NCBI GenBank assembly: GCA_002633005.1
Contig: NMRA01000096.1
Location: 761,691-825,690 of the forward strand
From: Phoronis australis
Lineage: Eukaryota > Animalia > Phoronida
Direction of reading: 5' to 3'
DNA: 64,000 bases
Made by a program: the position numbers and the translations under genes. Positions within the stretch are counted from its first letter, which is position 1; each line of letters starts with the position of its first letter. Shown one piece after another: positions 11,401 to 24,700 of this stretch. A model generated the notes under the pieces. The model did no database searches and was not told the origin of the DNA. It saw only the letters and a list, made by a program, of their open reading frames with translations.

Positions 11401-14112
11401 GTCTTCCGTGACCTTGAGGCCGCTGAGAGGCTGTAAGTACATGCGTACACACACAAACACACACTTAACACAAATCACCATGTGGATCTTGGAATAGTTC
11501 TGCTAAATGTGAATGATAAGCCTTTTCATACTACACTTTTACTCTACGCTCTTACTGAGTGAGTGAAATTTGTAATTTATGCAACCCAGTCCCAATCTCT
11601 GCATTATAATCAAAGCTTACAAAATGATAGCCACCAACCTTATGGTTCAGTCAGCCGCCTTCAGAGAGTAGTCATTTTTAATTCATGTTATTACAGTGTC
11701 ACTGTCAAAGTTTTTCTATCATTGGAATTTCATTCTAAAGTTGTTGAAAAGTAAGTTTCAAATTACTATGAAACACGAGGAATTGGTGTTTTTAAATTTT
11801 GGCTGAAAGATTTCTGTGAGAGGTTTTTTTTCAAAAATTACATTATTTGGAATTCTCATCTTCTGGGCATTCTTATCTCAAGTCATGATTCAAGAACTGT
11901 TGTTGAATTTAGAAATTCAATGTTAATTTTTGTGTTCAAAGTTTTTGAAATTAATCTCTTGATAATATTATGTGCTCCGTGGTGCTTGAGTTTTGAGTAA
12001 GAACTGGTTTACCTATTGTAATTCTTACCCTTATGTCTAGAAGACTATATGTAGACTGTTGTTTGATGTTTAGATGATTATGTATTGGTTTGGCTTGACC
12101 TAGTTTACAGGACTCGTTTCATGATAATATGTCAGTTAAGTGTTCGCACAAGTTGGTTCAATGAGTGGGAAAAAGTGGCGTTCTAGTCGCTGGCTAGAGG
12201 GAAAAGTACATCGGTTTAAGAATGGCGTATTGTGTCAAACCGAGAATTTATGCAAGAAATTATGATTTTTAGTGCAATGAATTCCAGTAGTCTTGATAGC
12301 TGCATTGATATTCTTGTTGTTACTACCTGCCTGCTTGCCTGCCTGCCTGCCCTATGTCATTGGCTGAGTCTGTTCTGCTGTGTATTAATTAAGCTGTGCC
12401 AATGATACTTGATGTTTGTCTCTAAAATTAATTGAAAAGACAATACGGGTTAATATTGAGACCCAACTTGGTTCTCATTGAACAGTGTGTGAGAGTTCTG
12501 CTGCAAATTTGTCCGATATGATAGCTAATCGCCTATAGTTTAACCTTAGTTTTGTATTTGCATGTCAATTTAGAGCTGCAGCGCAGCGTTATTGTGTAGA
12601 TTTCATGTTTAGCTTAAAAGGTCTAGACCAACAATTTGTTATTTACGAGAATTAAACAAAAAACATCTGTTTCATTTCAACTGTCTCTTGGATTTACAGA
12701 AGGAAGGTCAAGTAAGTTAACTGCTAAACACATAGCAAATAGGCAGAACATGTTAAGATAAGTGAATATCTATAACCCCCCCCATACAACTTTTTCAGTT
12801 GAATTCCTTCAAATATTGCCCAACTTAAAGAATAACGTGCTGCTTATGCTGGGTTTAATTCAAAATGTTCAGGTAGTTAATACCTGTTGCTATTTTAACA
12901 AATATTAAAATATCTAAACAAAATTGTTAGATTTCGTGTGCTCACACATGCCAAATAGATCGTGAATTGACATTTGTCTAATTGCTTTTTAGAGTGAATA
13001 TATTTGGTAAGGTTGACATCGCCGATTTAACCTGGGAACAGAAGGAACGAGTTCTGCGATACCTGTTTGCCAAGATGAACGGAAAGGACAAGTCCGTCAA
13101 ACAGAAAACATTGCCCGCACTCACTCAGGGTCCACTTGGATTACCTGAAGCCGAGGAAATGTAAGTTGGGATATTGGGCTGTGTAGATAAATAGAATGTT
13201 GTTATCGATTGTAACTCAGAAAATGGTCACTTGTAGGGTTTTGTGGGCTGTTTACTGGGCTAAGTGTTCATTACCAATAACCAATGAATATTCCCCAAAT
13301 GTGCAGGTTCATGTCACATGGTTTATGGTTAGTTGCCTTGGTGCAATAAATGCAAACATGTACGCTAATGTGCCTAACAAGTGAAGTTTCTGAAGTGCAT
13401 TTTATCCAAGAAGTGTTTGCTCAGACAAGTGCTTCACAGCAAGAATGATCGACTCGTACAATTCCAAGCCTAACTGATTTTTTGTTTCTTGAATTTACAT
13501 GGATTGTTATTTTGGTGATATTACTATTACATTGAGACATTCAGTTTCGTGCAATGGCAGGTGTGGAATGCGTCGAATTATTTTTGCGATGCATCACAAA
13601 AAATAAAGTCGTGAAATATGGCAAGGTAAAACTTGCATTTCACCCCATTCAGCTGGCAAAAACTGAAAGTTGAATGAGGCCTTTTACTCTCTGTGAAATC
13701 GGTCTCACGATATTCTTTGGTGCGACAAGATCCTATCACAATAATCAATATTGCGATACCAGTTTTAGGAGAAAAAGGCCCAATTCACTTTCCTCCTTTT
13801 GGCCAGTTGAAGGGTGAAATGCATCTTTTGCACGTCTTGCTCTGTATGGTTATATTGTGGTCTGATTGGAGTTTGTCTTACTTTGAAATTGGGACCATTT
13901 TGACCCACCAAAATGACACTCAGTGGGACTTTATCCGTTCCCTGTACTCTTCACTAAATGTATGTTCATTTGCCTAATATTTCAGTGCCGCTGACGTGAA
14001 TGACAACACGTTTCTCACACAAGCACAAACTGACGAGCAGGGTCGACTGAGCAGACACGCCGTGATTCCCGACATCGGTGCTAAAGTAGAAATCACTGCT
14101 GGCATGAACTGA
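601..14112 (+). CDS. BBOF1: Basal body-orientation factor 1 (CCDC176), 10 coding exons, 529 aa
   Basis: Hand-spliced GT-AG exons: 601-653, 7575-7691 (duplicate at 5501-5617), 8192-8315, 8702-8767, 9219-9514, 9736-9949, 10679-10950, 11280-11432, 12993-13160, 13986-14112. All phases are consistent. Recognised motifs: MPKPKKGKK, ANSVMWETRL, YLRKQDQHKDNE, FFEEKMRLQQEA, KEMNKVKKLAKNILDQRTDVERFFL, DYPKVRTF..STNSV, VDIADLTWEQKERVLRYLFAKMNG. Confidence 0.93.
1778..2576. other. Assembly gap (N run)
   Basis: 799 N bases; ORFs spanning it are artefacts. Confidence 1.
2990..3121. repeat. Degenerate ~21-bp tandem repeat (GGCGGTC core), probably a transposon subterminal region
   Basis: Repeated ggcggtcc/ggcggtca/ggaggtcc units. 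Confidence 0.45.
5501..5617 (+). CDS. BBOF1: BBOF1 exon 2, copy in duplicated (haplotype) block
   Basis: ttgtag|TAAGAAG...TACAG|gtaagc; identical to 7575-7691. Confidence 0.7.
7575..7691 (+). CDS. BBOF1: BBOF1 exon 2
   Basis: KKGGKKAKKAESVAKTAMANSVMWETRLHLVESSRNDY; canonical splice sites. Confidence 0.85.
8192..8315 (+). CDS. BBOF1: BBOF1 exon 3
   Basis: ETTKKLQTENDALQTQMHQTEKDTIDVITYLRKQDQHKDNE; tttag| and |gtaatt. Confidence 0.9.
8702..8767 (+). CDS. BBOF1: BBOF1 exon 4
   Basis: IERLHQQIKDLKKENRKEKEQL; ttcag| and |gtaagc. Confidence 0.88.
9219..9514 (+). CDS. BBOF1: BBOF1 exon 5
   Basis: IAEFNTQLQELEE...AEKAHTEAI, coiled coil; ctctag| and |gtatgt. Confidence 0.9.
9736..9949 (+). CDS. 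BBOF1: BBOF1 exon 6
   Basis: NLDETTRSVYKENVRL...KEKIQQ; tgtag| and |gtatag. Confidence 0.9.
10679..10950 (+). CDS. BBOF1: BBOF1 exon 7
   Basis: LEGKVKVLEQ...AKNILDQRTDVERFFLESL; ttcag| and |gtgaga. Confidence 0.92.
11280..11432 (+). CDS. BBOF1: BBOF1 exon 8
   Basis: LQYKKDAERAYHQRMLAAHAGKADYPKVRTFNKAEYSTNSVFRDLEAAER. Confidence 0.9.
12993..13160 (+). CDS. BBOF1: BBOF1 exon 9
   Basis: VNIFGKVDIADLTWEQKERVLRYLFAKMNG; tttag| and |gtaagt. Confidence 0.92.
13986..14112 (+). CDS. BBOF1: BBOF1 terminal coding exon
   Basis: ttcag|TGCC, AADVNDNTFLTQ...GMN*; phase matches exon 9. Confidence 0.75.
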
Positions 14113-15644
14113 GAGCATTCTTGTATGGAGTGTTTTAAGTTTTGTGGAACTGTAATTATAGCTTGTACTAGTTTGTGACTCCAGTGGTATTTCCTGGATT
14201 TATTTATTAAAAACTGAGTACAGAATTTGTTCATTTTTTCTTGCATCAGAAAAAGGACTTGACCGCAAAAATTTTATGCAATGAAGGAATCTCTATAATG
14301 TTGAGTGAAGATAAAAATGTGCCTTTGTTGATCAGAGATTGAACGCAAAACATCATGAATTTACTTATTTTGTCAGTTTACATTAATTTTGTAAATTAAG
14401 AGACCTATGGTTTTAAAAGTGTTCTGGATGACATAAACTATGAAAAGACCTTGTTTGTAAATATTGTTGGCAAGTTTAATTGACTGAAATTGCACAACAA
14501 AAATTTATGTAAATACAATCATGTACAAACCAAACAATAAATTGTTGTTGCTGTTACAATATTATTTAACTTTTATTTATAAATATAGGCTATTTACAAC
14601 TGAATTGCATCACCACTTACAACTGGCTCATAAAGTAGCAGACGCAACAACCAAGTGATCCCAACAAGACTTGTAGAGCAATGTCGTCTGCTCATATGGG
14701 ACATCACTCCTGCTGCCACCTGGCAGTAGATGAAAGAACTTGTAACAAAAGTTGTTCCATAGACAGATAGAGGGCGGTGTTAATTACTGGTTTCATGATT
14801 GGTTGCTTTTGCTACTGAAGCACAACAGTGCAAACTGAGCTCCATGGCACTGACAGCCGATTAAAAACCAGAAAACAAAAATTACAGTATTTTCTACGTT
14901 TACACTCAACAAGTGAGCAATAAAAAGTCAAAACCCCTAAAACCTAGATAAAAAACTCCATAGTTAGTCACTTTTCAAAAACTCACAATTGGATAAAATT
15001 TGCAACACAATGACATGTTCTAATAAAGTGGTAAAACATTGAACAAAGATTCAGTAACAAGTGGTTTAATAAAAACTTGGCCCACAAAACTTACTGAGGT
15101 TATAAAACAAAGAACAATTACACAGTGACTACACATTAAACTTAATGTCAAAGTTGATGAGCTGTTTAAAATGAAAATTAAAACAGAAACTTTACAAGAT
15201 TTGCTTAAAAATTCCCTGCTTCCCCAATCGAGATCGTCAACTAACTTCCAGTTAAAGAACATTATATAATAATGGAATTGCCTTTGTGCAAGTTTTTGTT
15301 TGGAATTGTAGCAGACTGAAATCTTACATGATTATCAAAATAAATTGAAAATCAACATTTCAGTCTTAGCCTCAATATACCTGAATATCAGATGGACCCA
15401 TCACCAAAATAATTTGCATTGCTGAATAACTGCTTCAAGTTTACTTATTGTGCAAGAACTTTCAATTGATAACCACGTGGCTATACAACACCTCGTATAC
15501 CACACAGCACCTTTTCCTGAGCTCTAGTTCAGGGCTATCCAACAGTTAATGACACAATCCACTTTTTGATGCCATTAAACCATGTTCCATGTAGCTTTAG
15601 CACGGTTAAACACCACCTTCTTGCCTACACATTCTTGGAAGCCC

Positions 15645-15756
15645 TCAGACCAATTTGACCAGCAGCAGTCCAAGAACAGAGCCCAGTCCTAAACCGCAGG
15701 TAAGAAAGAAGGACATCATGGCACCTGTGGTCTCGACGTGTTCCCTGGGAACTTTT
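15645..15756 (-). CDS. ENT terminal exon (TM11)
   Basis: KVPREHVETTGAMMSFFLTCGLGLGSVLGLLLVKLV*. Confidence 0.9.
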
Positions 15757-18700
15757 CTAGGAAAGTACAAAAAATTCATTAGTAATGGTAATGATTATGT
15801 TCTCAGCGTTTACAAACCATTTAAAGCTAAGCACTTTTATCTATCAGTTTTAAAACCATGAAATTTAAAGCTACCTGTAGACCATGGACTCGTTCCAACA
15901 AAACTGACTTAGCTAAGACAAATCTTAAATTTTTGTTAATTTTTAAATAAAAGTTAAATTTATTTCAAAACTAATTCAAGAAAGAGATCTTAGGTTGACT
16001 TAATTGTTTGACATACGTTTTGTGTTCATTTTGACTAACTTTCCGAATGTGGAAGTTTCAAAGTTTGGAAGTTAAGACAAATCTTAAACTTATGTTAAAG
16101 TAAAAAATGAACTGAGGTAAGTTTCTTGGAACAGACCCCGTGTTTTGGTTTCAAAAACTGCTTTCTTGATACAACACATATTTGCTCAATACATCCAAAG
16201 TAACTTCAACGTGTACATATCTTTTGCCTGAACAGAAACTGGTAGCAATAAAAAGCCAGAACGCCTCCTGGCAGCCATGTAGCTTCGACACCTGAAACTA
16301 ACCCACCCTGACTAGCAAATTTTGTGAACCTTGTATGCAACAATCATGATCTGTCTGTTCTTCTTGAGCTTAGAAATCATTTCCAATCTGGGTACGGAAA
16401 AAGATGAGACCGGTTCTATAGCGGTAAGTGGTGTAGATCAAAAGTTGCCACCTTAGACCGACAGTTGATTTGGTGCCTGTTGGCTCTAATATTTCTTCAT
16501 CATTAGGAGTGGCATAAGTCAATTAGAAGCTCTTGATTAACACAGCCTTGTAGCTTATATAGCTATTATTGTTACTTGTCTATTGGCAATTTGCTTTAGA
16601 CTGGAAGATCGGAAATTTTACAGAGAGTATGAGTGAGTGTACATCAAGCTGTCCAACAGAAAATATAGTCATGTTTTCACAAAAAGAGTGGAACAAAAGC
16701 CATTGAAGAAGGACTGCTTTCGCAGATACCCGAGAAGAAACTTAAGCCTTTGAATGTCTTGATAACACAATAACTCGTCAACACGTCATGTAATCAAACA
16801 CATAACATTAGAATTGATATGTGCCTAGTGCTAAAAGCACCAGACCACAGGACCTCCCCTGTTCACTACGTCACTAGACAACCCAAGTTCACTAGGCCGG
16901 TGGCATTCTCAATGTTCTAATGATTACAAAAAGAAAAAATGACAAAACCCAACTTCAACTGAAATATCTGCACTGCTTGATCAATTTGCATAAGTTTATG
17001 CACAATTCATTCAAAAGTAATAATTCTTACGAGAAGATGACGACTTTACAATAACAATACACATGACAAAACAGCAGTGAATTCATGTGAAGTCAACTTC
17101 CAGTTTTAGAAAGCTTGCATTTTGATAAATTACTGTTAATGGTATCCAGTTGTCACCCACCTTTACAGTTCAACATTTTATATATATATAACTTTTGTAA
17201 TTACTGATATCTGTGGTAGTTTAGTTTGTCATAATATATATGACCTTTTATCTCAACTACACATGTTGTTTCACTGTAAACTAGCTTCGGTATTGCTTCG
17301 CAGTTAGCGAATATAAATTACTGTTAATGGTATCCAGATATCTAAAAAGACATTTTACTTCCTATTATTTACCCCAATGTCCACAAAACCCAGAATTTTT
17401 CTTTCAAGTACTAGGAAACATACCCACAGAAAACAAAACAAAAACATTTCACAGCCATCAGCTTTGCATACTCTACTTATGTGATATGTTCATCATTTCA
17501 CAGCCATTAACTCTGCATACTCTACTTATGCGGTGCGTTCACCATTTAACAGCCATTAGCTCTACATACTTTACTTAATGGTGCGTTCCTCATTTCACAG
17601 CCATCAGCTTTGCATACTCTACTTATGTGGTGCGTTCATCATTTCACAGCCATCAGCTTTGCATACTCTACTTATGTGGTCGCGTTCATCGTTTCACAGC
17701 CATTAGCTCTGCATAGCCTACTTATGTGGTGCGTTCATTATTTCACAGCCATTAGCTTTGCATACTCTACTTACTGTGGTGCGTTCATCATGCACAGCCA
17801 TTAGATTTCCATACTCTACTTAATGGTACGTTCATTATTTCACAGCCATTAGCTTGGCATACTCTACTTACTGTGGTGCATTCATCATGCACAGCGTGCC
17901 AAAGTAACCATTGGTAAAAGCGAGAAGTGTGGTGAAGATGACAAAGTACCAATCACTGTTGAATACAACAGGAAGGTAATGACGAGGCTGAATGTTGCAC
18001 ATCATGATGAGAGGGATGAAGCCAACACGGAGTATACTGAACAGTGGCAGGAGGCGAGAAGGCTGGAAAAGACAGATGCAAAATAGTGCAAGTATAGGCC
18101 CATCAGTGAAACCATCCGGGCATTAAGCAATTTGGGGGATTTCATCTACGGTGCTGCTCCCATATTTCAAATGTGGGACAGTTGTCGGCAGCCCGGTGAT
18201 GTCACAGATAACTTGGTAACATGTTAACAATATGTGTCAGAGAACAACAACATGTCATTTGAGAGAACCAGAATTGAAAGCATAGGTCCACAGCAACATG
18301 TTTTTTGATGTGAGTACAGCTAAAAAACCATCGTACAAATTTAGAAATTAGAGAGTGAAAATGAGTCTCAAAATGCATCAAATAAATAATACAAAAGCAA
18401 ACCTTTTTTTTCGTAAAAAAAATCTAAATCACATGCCATCTGGTCATGCTTCAAGTGCCCGCATAAATAACCGCACAAAATGACAACAGCCCTAATGTAT
18501 TCAGCTGACTTGAATATTTTTGGCATGCAAATTCTCCATTCAATTTCAACATTAACTATGGTAAACACTACACCCAACAGAACCACTCACGAGTTGCAGA
18601 AATCCAGCTGCAGTGCGGCCACACAAATCTCCAACGTTGAAGAGCAGGAAACAGGTCAAAGGAATGAATAAGTCACCTGAAAAAATCCATTCACAGAACC

Positions 18701-21700
18701 GGTTTTATCCACTGAATAAGGGGCACCAAACTGGTTCTCAGAATGTGGGCACGTTATATCTGACCACCAAGGATGATATTTGACTGCTTCCTATAAGCAG
18801 CTACATGTCTAAACCTACCTTCCATAAAAATGACTTTTTATTTAAAGACCTGACAATAAGGTTATAAAACTGGTCTTAATAATACAGTCCTTACTCAAAT
18901 TAGAGGTGATAGTGCTGGGAAGAATTGAGACTTTCTGATTGGTGGAGATCATGCTCGACAGGCTGACTAGTCACCGTGGACCATATCCCCAAGTACTACA
19001 CCCGGGGGGTTCACAAGGTGCTCGCACGTGTTCACCAAAAATTTCTGCGAGACCCTTTATTGTGGGTGCTAATAACCAACCCCTTTTAAGGGATAGACTT
19101 TTCTGTAGAAAGAAGGCAAGTGAGTCTTTTGCGGGGCTGAGGCCAATGCAGAGGGCCTTTTGCAGGCACGAAATGAAATTTAGGGGCCTATTGGACCCCG
19201 CGCGGGTCCCGCAAAACTTGCCTACCTACAATTTTGGTACATGTCTGCAGGCACCTTGTCAATATGAGTGACTCCCCGGGTACTACTGAATTATTTGTTT
19301 TTCCCGAGTCCAGAGATCATCCTCCATCCAATAAAGACCAACTTGACACTAAATTGCAGTACCGTATTCGCCGTAATAACCGCCCAGGGCGCTTAGAAAA
19401 ACTCTGTTCGGGGGGGGGCGCTTATCATAACCCAAGGCGGTTGAAACCCGGTCTCCAAAACGGGTGAAATCGGAGGCTAAGATTCATCAAATTTACGTTC
19501 TGTGACATATCTGTAATCTATGAAAGACTTCCAACAAAACTGTGGTGCATTGGTACCAAACTTTGCTGCTAAATTACGATCATTTTACAGAAAATTGTGC
19601 TGAAATCCCAGGGCGAAAACTCGCCGACTGACTGCCTCAAGATCGCCGTCTTCGATATGGCGACTTCAATGCTTGACTAAAAATAGTTTCGACTCAAGCA
19701 AATTACCTGAAATCCTCATTAAGTTTTCTAAGTAGCGTCCCTAAGACTTCTTTTAAGTTCCCGTGGAGTCTGGATTTACGGCAGTTTTAAGTACAAATCT
19801 GCGCAACATCGTGCCATCTACATGTATGATCGGCAACACATCGAGAAAAATGTCTGGACGAACACACATGTTGTTGTCACGTGACGTTTGTTTTGAAGTT
19901 CGTCTGCGAGTAAGCGAGCGCGTGCGTGTAACCAGAGTTCATTTGCCAAAGCAGAGACCGTCTTTTGGCCAGAGCCACGCAATCTAATGAGCTAGATGTG
20001 CATTGCATCTAAAGAAACTCGCACAAGCAGTAGGCCTAAACCAGAGCGTGTTTCATTCAGCACTTGCCGGACTCGTGCTAATAACGTTCGACATTTGTTT
20101 TGGTAAGGCCCATATTAGTCGCCGTGTAGCTGGATGCGTACGTAACTATCTGACAGTTATTTTTCGGTGTAAGGGTGTGTAAGCATTCACTGTCAGTTGT
20201 CATTTTATCGGATATTCGGCTTAAAAACACCAATTATGGTTAATCAAACAATCCATCTAAAAAATAACGCAAACATGTTTTATAGCATTAGAAATTGTCG
20301 GAAATTAGGGCCAATATTCATTTCTTACCGTTTCATGAATGGATAGTTCCCGACTAATGTCTTTGATGACAGCTAGGTTCATATATGTAGCGCGCACTTT
20401 CTGGCCACGTGCGGTCAACACCGAGTTATTTTTATTCATGAGACAGTCGATGTGTCTACTGAAAGGTCAGACCATAGTGGGACACGGTCGTCATGAAAGT
20501 AGCAATGCTGTTGCGTTCTTTTTGAAGCGCTGTGTTACTTTGAAGTGTATAGTCATGGCTAAATACAAACGTAGCAGTACCGCTGGTGGTCTAGAAGACC
20601 CGTGCAAAACTTTTTTGATAAATTGAAGACGTTACTGTAGCCGAGTTTTAGGACTGAAGGTAAGTCATTGTTCGCATGTACACGTTCATGGACTGGGCGC
20701 TTATTTCAGCAAAGTCTGAAAACGCGTGGGGGGGGGCGCTTATAGGGGCATGGGCGGTTATTACGGCGAATACGGTAAGTAGTTTATAAAATGTTTGTGT
20801 GATGGCCAAAGGTGGCTCTTAGCCACATTAAGTTATGAATTACAGTAGTTTTTGTATTGGCCTGAACATATTCCGTCACACACTTTGCTCTACTATGTGA
20901 TTAAGTGGTCATAAATGCATTATCTTCATCAAAAAATCTCAGCAAACAATGAGCGGTTTTAGATACATTATGTCAAAAAGAAGCTGCTAAGTACATAAAA
21001 GTCCTTGTTTTTGGGTGACTGATGAAGGAGTGTAGACAACCACTGAAATTAAGCTGTTTGGTGATCAATGACATTGAAAATTGTTTGTTTTCATTTTCTC
21101 GTTCTTGGGAAATGAATACACTGTAATGTGATATCTACAATCAGCAAATTTATGCTCAAATGTGGTCAGTTTCACTTTAGAGTTACATCAAGCGCTACAT
21201 CGCTACATTTATGGGTTATAAAATTATTGACCAACTTCAAAGTAAGGTAAAATAACATTGGTTCACTTTATCCAGCCAAAAATAACACTCTTGAGTTCCA
21301 TTCTGAAGACAGTATAAACAAAACACCACACCAGAAGTGCTAATTGCCTCATTTCATAACTTGTTTTTTGTGACTGCTGCAAAGATATGAAATCAAAATA
21401 TTCGACACTTGCTATTGAGTGAAATGGGATGCTCTGAGGCAACAGTCAACAGTGCTCAATATACCTTTTTGTTGCTAACTGATTTTTATTCTGTCATGAA
21501 TTCCGTTTGTTACCAGTTTCAAAATCCTATAGAATTGTTAACCATTTTTAGAGATCTTGGAGACTAGATCACAGAGTTCAAGCTTTAAATTATTTAGTTC
21601 ATTTTCTCCATAATATTTGAAAGAAGAATAACCTTATCAGTTTAAGACCAAGCTTCCCATCACATTCCTCCAAAAAAACCAAATTAACATACAGAATCTG

Positions 21701-24700
21701 ATACAAACAAACACTGACAACTTCCTACATATTGCATTTTGTTAATATAATCTCCGAGTCTTTCATGCAAACAGATAAATTTACGGACTATAGGGGACAG
21801 TTGTCAACTTACCTGTGAATATACTGTTCGACTTGTCCTGGTCAACAGACACTGCGAGTGTGGCGACGGAGGGGAAGACAGACAACGTCACCAGGAAGAT
21901 AAACAGAACACTAAAACCTAACACCCATACCTGAAACGAGAACACACTTCCACTGTTTTATAACACCATTCTGCAACATGCCAAACACTAAAGGAACACA
22001 ATAGGTCTTACGGCCAAAAAACACATTTTCAGGATATCCATTGGACAGGGTGAATATCTTGAAATTATTAGCTTTGACCAGAGCTATTGTGTTGTTGTAA
22101 CTTTATTACAAATCCCCACTGCTGGTTGTTTGCTGCCAGCCACTCACTGAAATTGAAGTTCATAAATATATCACTCACTTAAAATACTCTATTTATTGTG
22201 TGTACAAGCATCAGACGGCAGCCTCTGAGGTCATGAGTTCAAATCCATTGTGAAGTTGTTCAAGANTCATTTCACAGCCATTAGCTCTGCATAGCCTACT
22301 TATGTGGTGCGTTCATCATTTCACAGCCATTAGCTCTGCATAGCCTACTTATGTGGTGCGTTCATCATTTCACAGCCATTAGCTCTGCATAGCCTACTTA
22401 TGTGGTGCGTTCATCATTTCACAGCCATTAGCTCTGCATAGCCTACTTATGTGGTGCGTTCATCATTTCACAGCCATTAGCTCTGCATAGCCTACTTATG
22501 TGGTGCGTTCATCATTTCACAGCCATTAGCTCTGCATAGCCTACTTATGTGGTGCGTTCATCATTTCACAGCCATTAGCTCTGCATAGCCTACTTATGTG
22601 GTGCGTTCATCATTTCACAGCCATTAGCTCTGCATAGCCTACTTATGTGGTGCGTTCATCATTTCACAGCCATTAGCTCTGCATAGCCTACTTATGTGGT
22701 GCGTTCATCATTTCACAGCCATTAGCTCTGCATAGCCTACTTATGTGGTGCGTTCATCATTTCACAGCCATTAGCTCTGCATAGCCTACTTATGTGTTGC
22801 GTTCATCATTTCACAGCCATTAGCTCTGCATAGCCTACTTATGTGGGGCGTTCATCATTTCACAGCCATTAGCTCTACATACTTTACTTAATGGTGCGTT
22901 CATCGTTTCACAGCCATTAGCTCTGCATAGCCTACTTATGTGGTGCGTTCATTATTTCACAGCCATTAGCTTTGCATACTCTACTTACTGTGGTGCGTTC
23001 ATCATGCACAGCCATTAGATTTCCATACTCTACTTAATGGTACGTTCATTATTTCACAGCCATTAGCTTGGCATACTCTACTTACTGTGGTGCATTCATC
23101 ATGCACAGCGTGCCAAAGTAACCATTGGTAAAAGCGAGAAGTGTGGTGAAGATGACAAAGTACCAATCACTGTTGAATACAACAGGAAGGTAATGACGAG
23201 GCTGAATGTTGCACATCATGATGAGAGGGATGAAGCCAACACGGAGTATACTGAAAAGTGGCAGGAGGCGAGAAGGCTGGAAAAGACAGATGAAAATAGT
23301 GCAAGTATAGGCCCATCAATGAAACCATCTGGGTATTAAGTAATTTGGGGGATTTCATCTACGGTACTGCTCACATATTTCAAATGTGGGACAGTTGTCG
23401 GCAGCCCGGTGATGTCACAGATAACTTGGTAACATGTTAACAATATGTGTCAGAGAACAACAACATGTCATTTGAGAGAACCAGAATTGAAACCATAGGT
23501 CCACAGCGACATGTTTTTTGATGTGAGTACAGCTAAAAAAAACATCGTACAAATTTAGAAATTAGAGAGTGAAAATGAGTCTCAAAATGCATCACATAAA
23601 TAATACAAAAGCAAACCTTTTTTTTCGTAAAAAAATTCTAAATCACATGCCATCTGGTCATGCTTCAAGTTAAGTGCCCGCATAAATAACCGCACAAAAT
23701 GACAACAGCCCTAATGTATTCAACTGACTTGAATATTTTTTGCATGCAAATTCTCCATTCAATTTTAACATTAATTATGAATGGTAAACACTACACCCAA
23801 CAGAACCACTCACGAGTTGCAGAAATCCAGCTGCAGTACGGCCACATAAATCTCCAACGTTGAAGAGCAGGAAACAGGTCAAAGGAATGAATAAGTCACC
23901 TGAAAAAATCCATGCACAGAACCGGTTTTATCCACTGAATAAGGGGTACCAAACTGGTTCTCAAAATGTGGGCACGTTATATCTGACCACCAAGAATGAT
24001 ATTTGACTGCTTCCTATAAGCAGCTACATGTCTAAACCTACCTTCCATAAAAATGACTTGTTATTTAAAGACCTGACAATAAGGTTATAAAACTGGTCTT
24101 AATAATACAGTCCTTACTCAAATTAGAGGTGATAGTGCTGTGAAGAATTGAGACTTTCTGATTGGTGGAGATCATGCTCGACAGGTTGACTAGTCACCGT
24201 GGACTATGTCCCCAAGTACTACTCCCGGGGTTCACAAGGTGCTCGCAGGTGTTCACCAAAAATTTCTGCGAGACCCTTTATTGTGGGTGCCACGTCTGCT
24301 AATACCCAACCCCTTTTAAGGGATAGACTTTTCTGTAGAAAGAAGGCAAGTGAGTCTTTTGCGGGGCTGAGGCCAATGCAGAGGGCCTTTTGCATGCACG
24401 AAATGAAATTTAGGGGCCTATTGGACCCCGCGCGGGTCCCGCAAAACTTGCTTAAAAAGTACCGCTTACCTACAATTTTTGGTACATGTCTGCAGGCACC
24501 TTGTCAATACGAGTGACTCCCCGGGTACTACTGAATTATTTGTTTTTCCCGAGTCCAGAGATCATCCTCCATCCAATAAAGATCAACTTGACACTAAATT
24601 TATAGCAGTAAGTGGTCTATAAAATGTTTGTGTGATGGCCTAAGGCGGCTCTTAGCCACGTTATGAATTTGTAGTTTTTGTATTGGCCTGAGATATTCCG

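Noticed and set aside
18939-19271. 110-aa ORF (and 24199-24516)
   Set aside because: Lies within a MITE on the strand opposite ENT; no domain recognised.
22267-23109. CRISPR-like regular array
   Set aside because: Units are contiguous near-identical 49-mers with no unique spacers, in a eukaryotic intron with no cas genes; it is a minisatellite.
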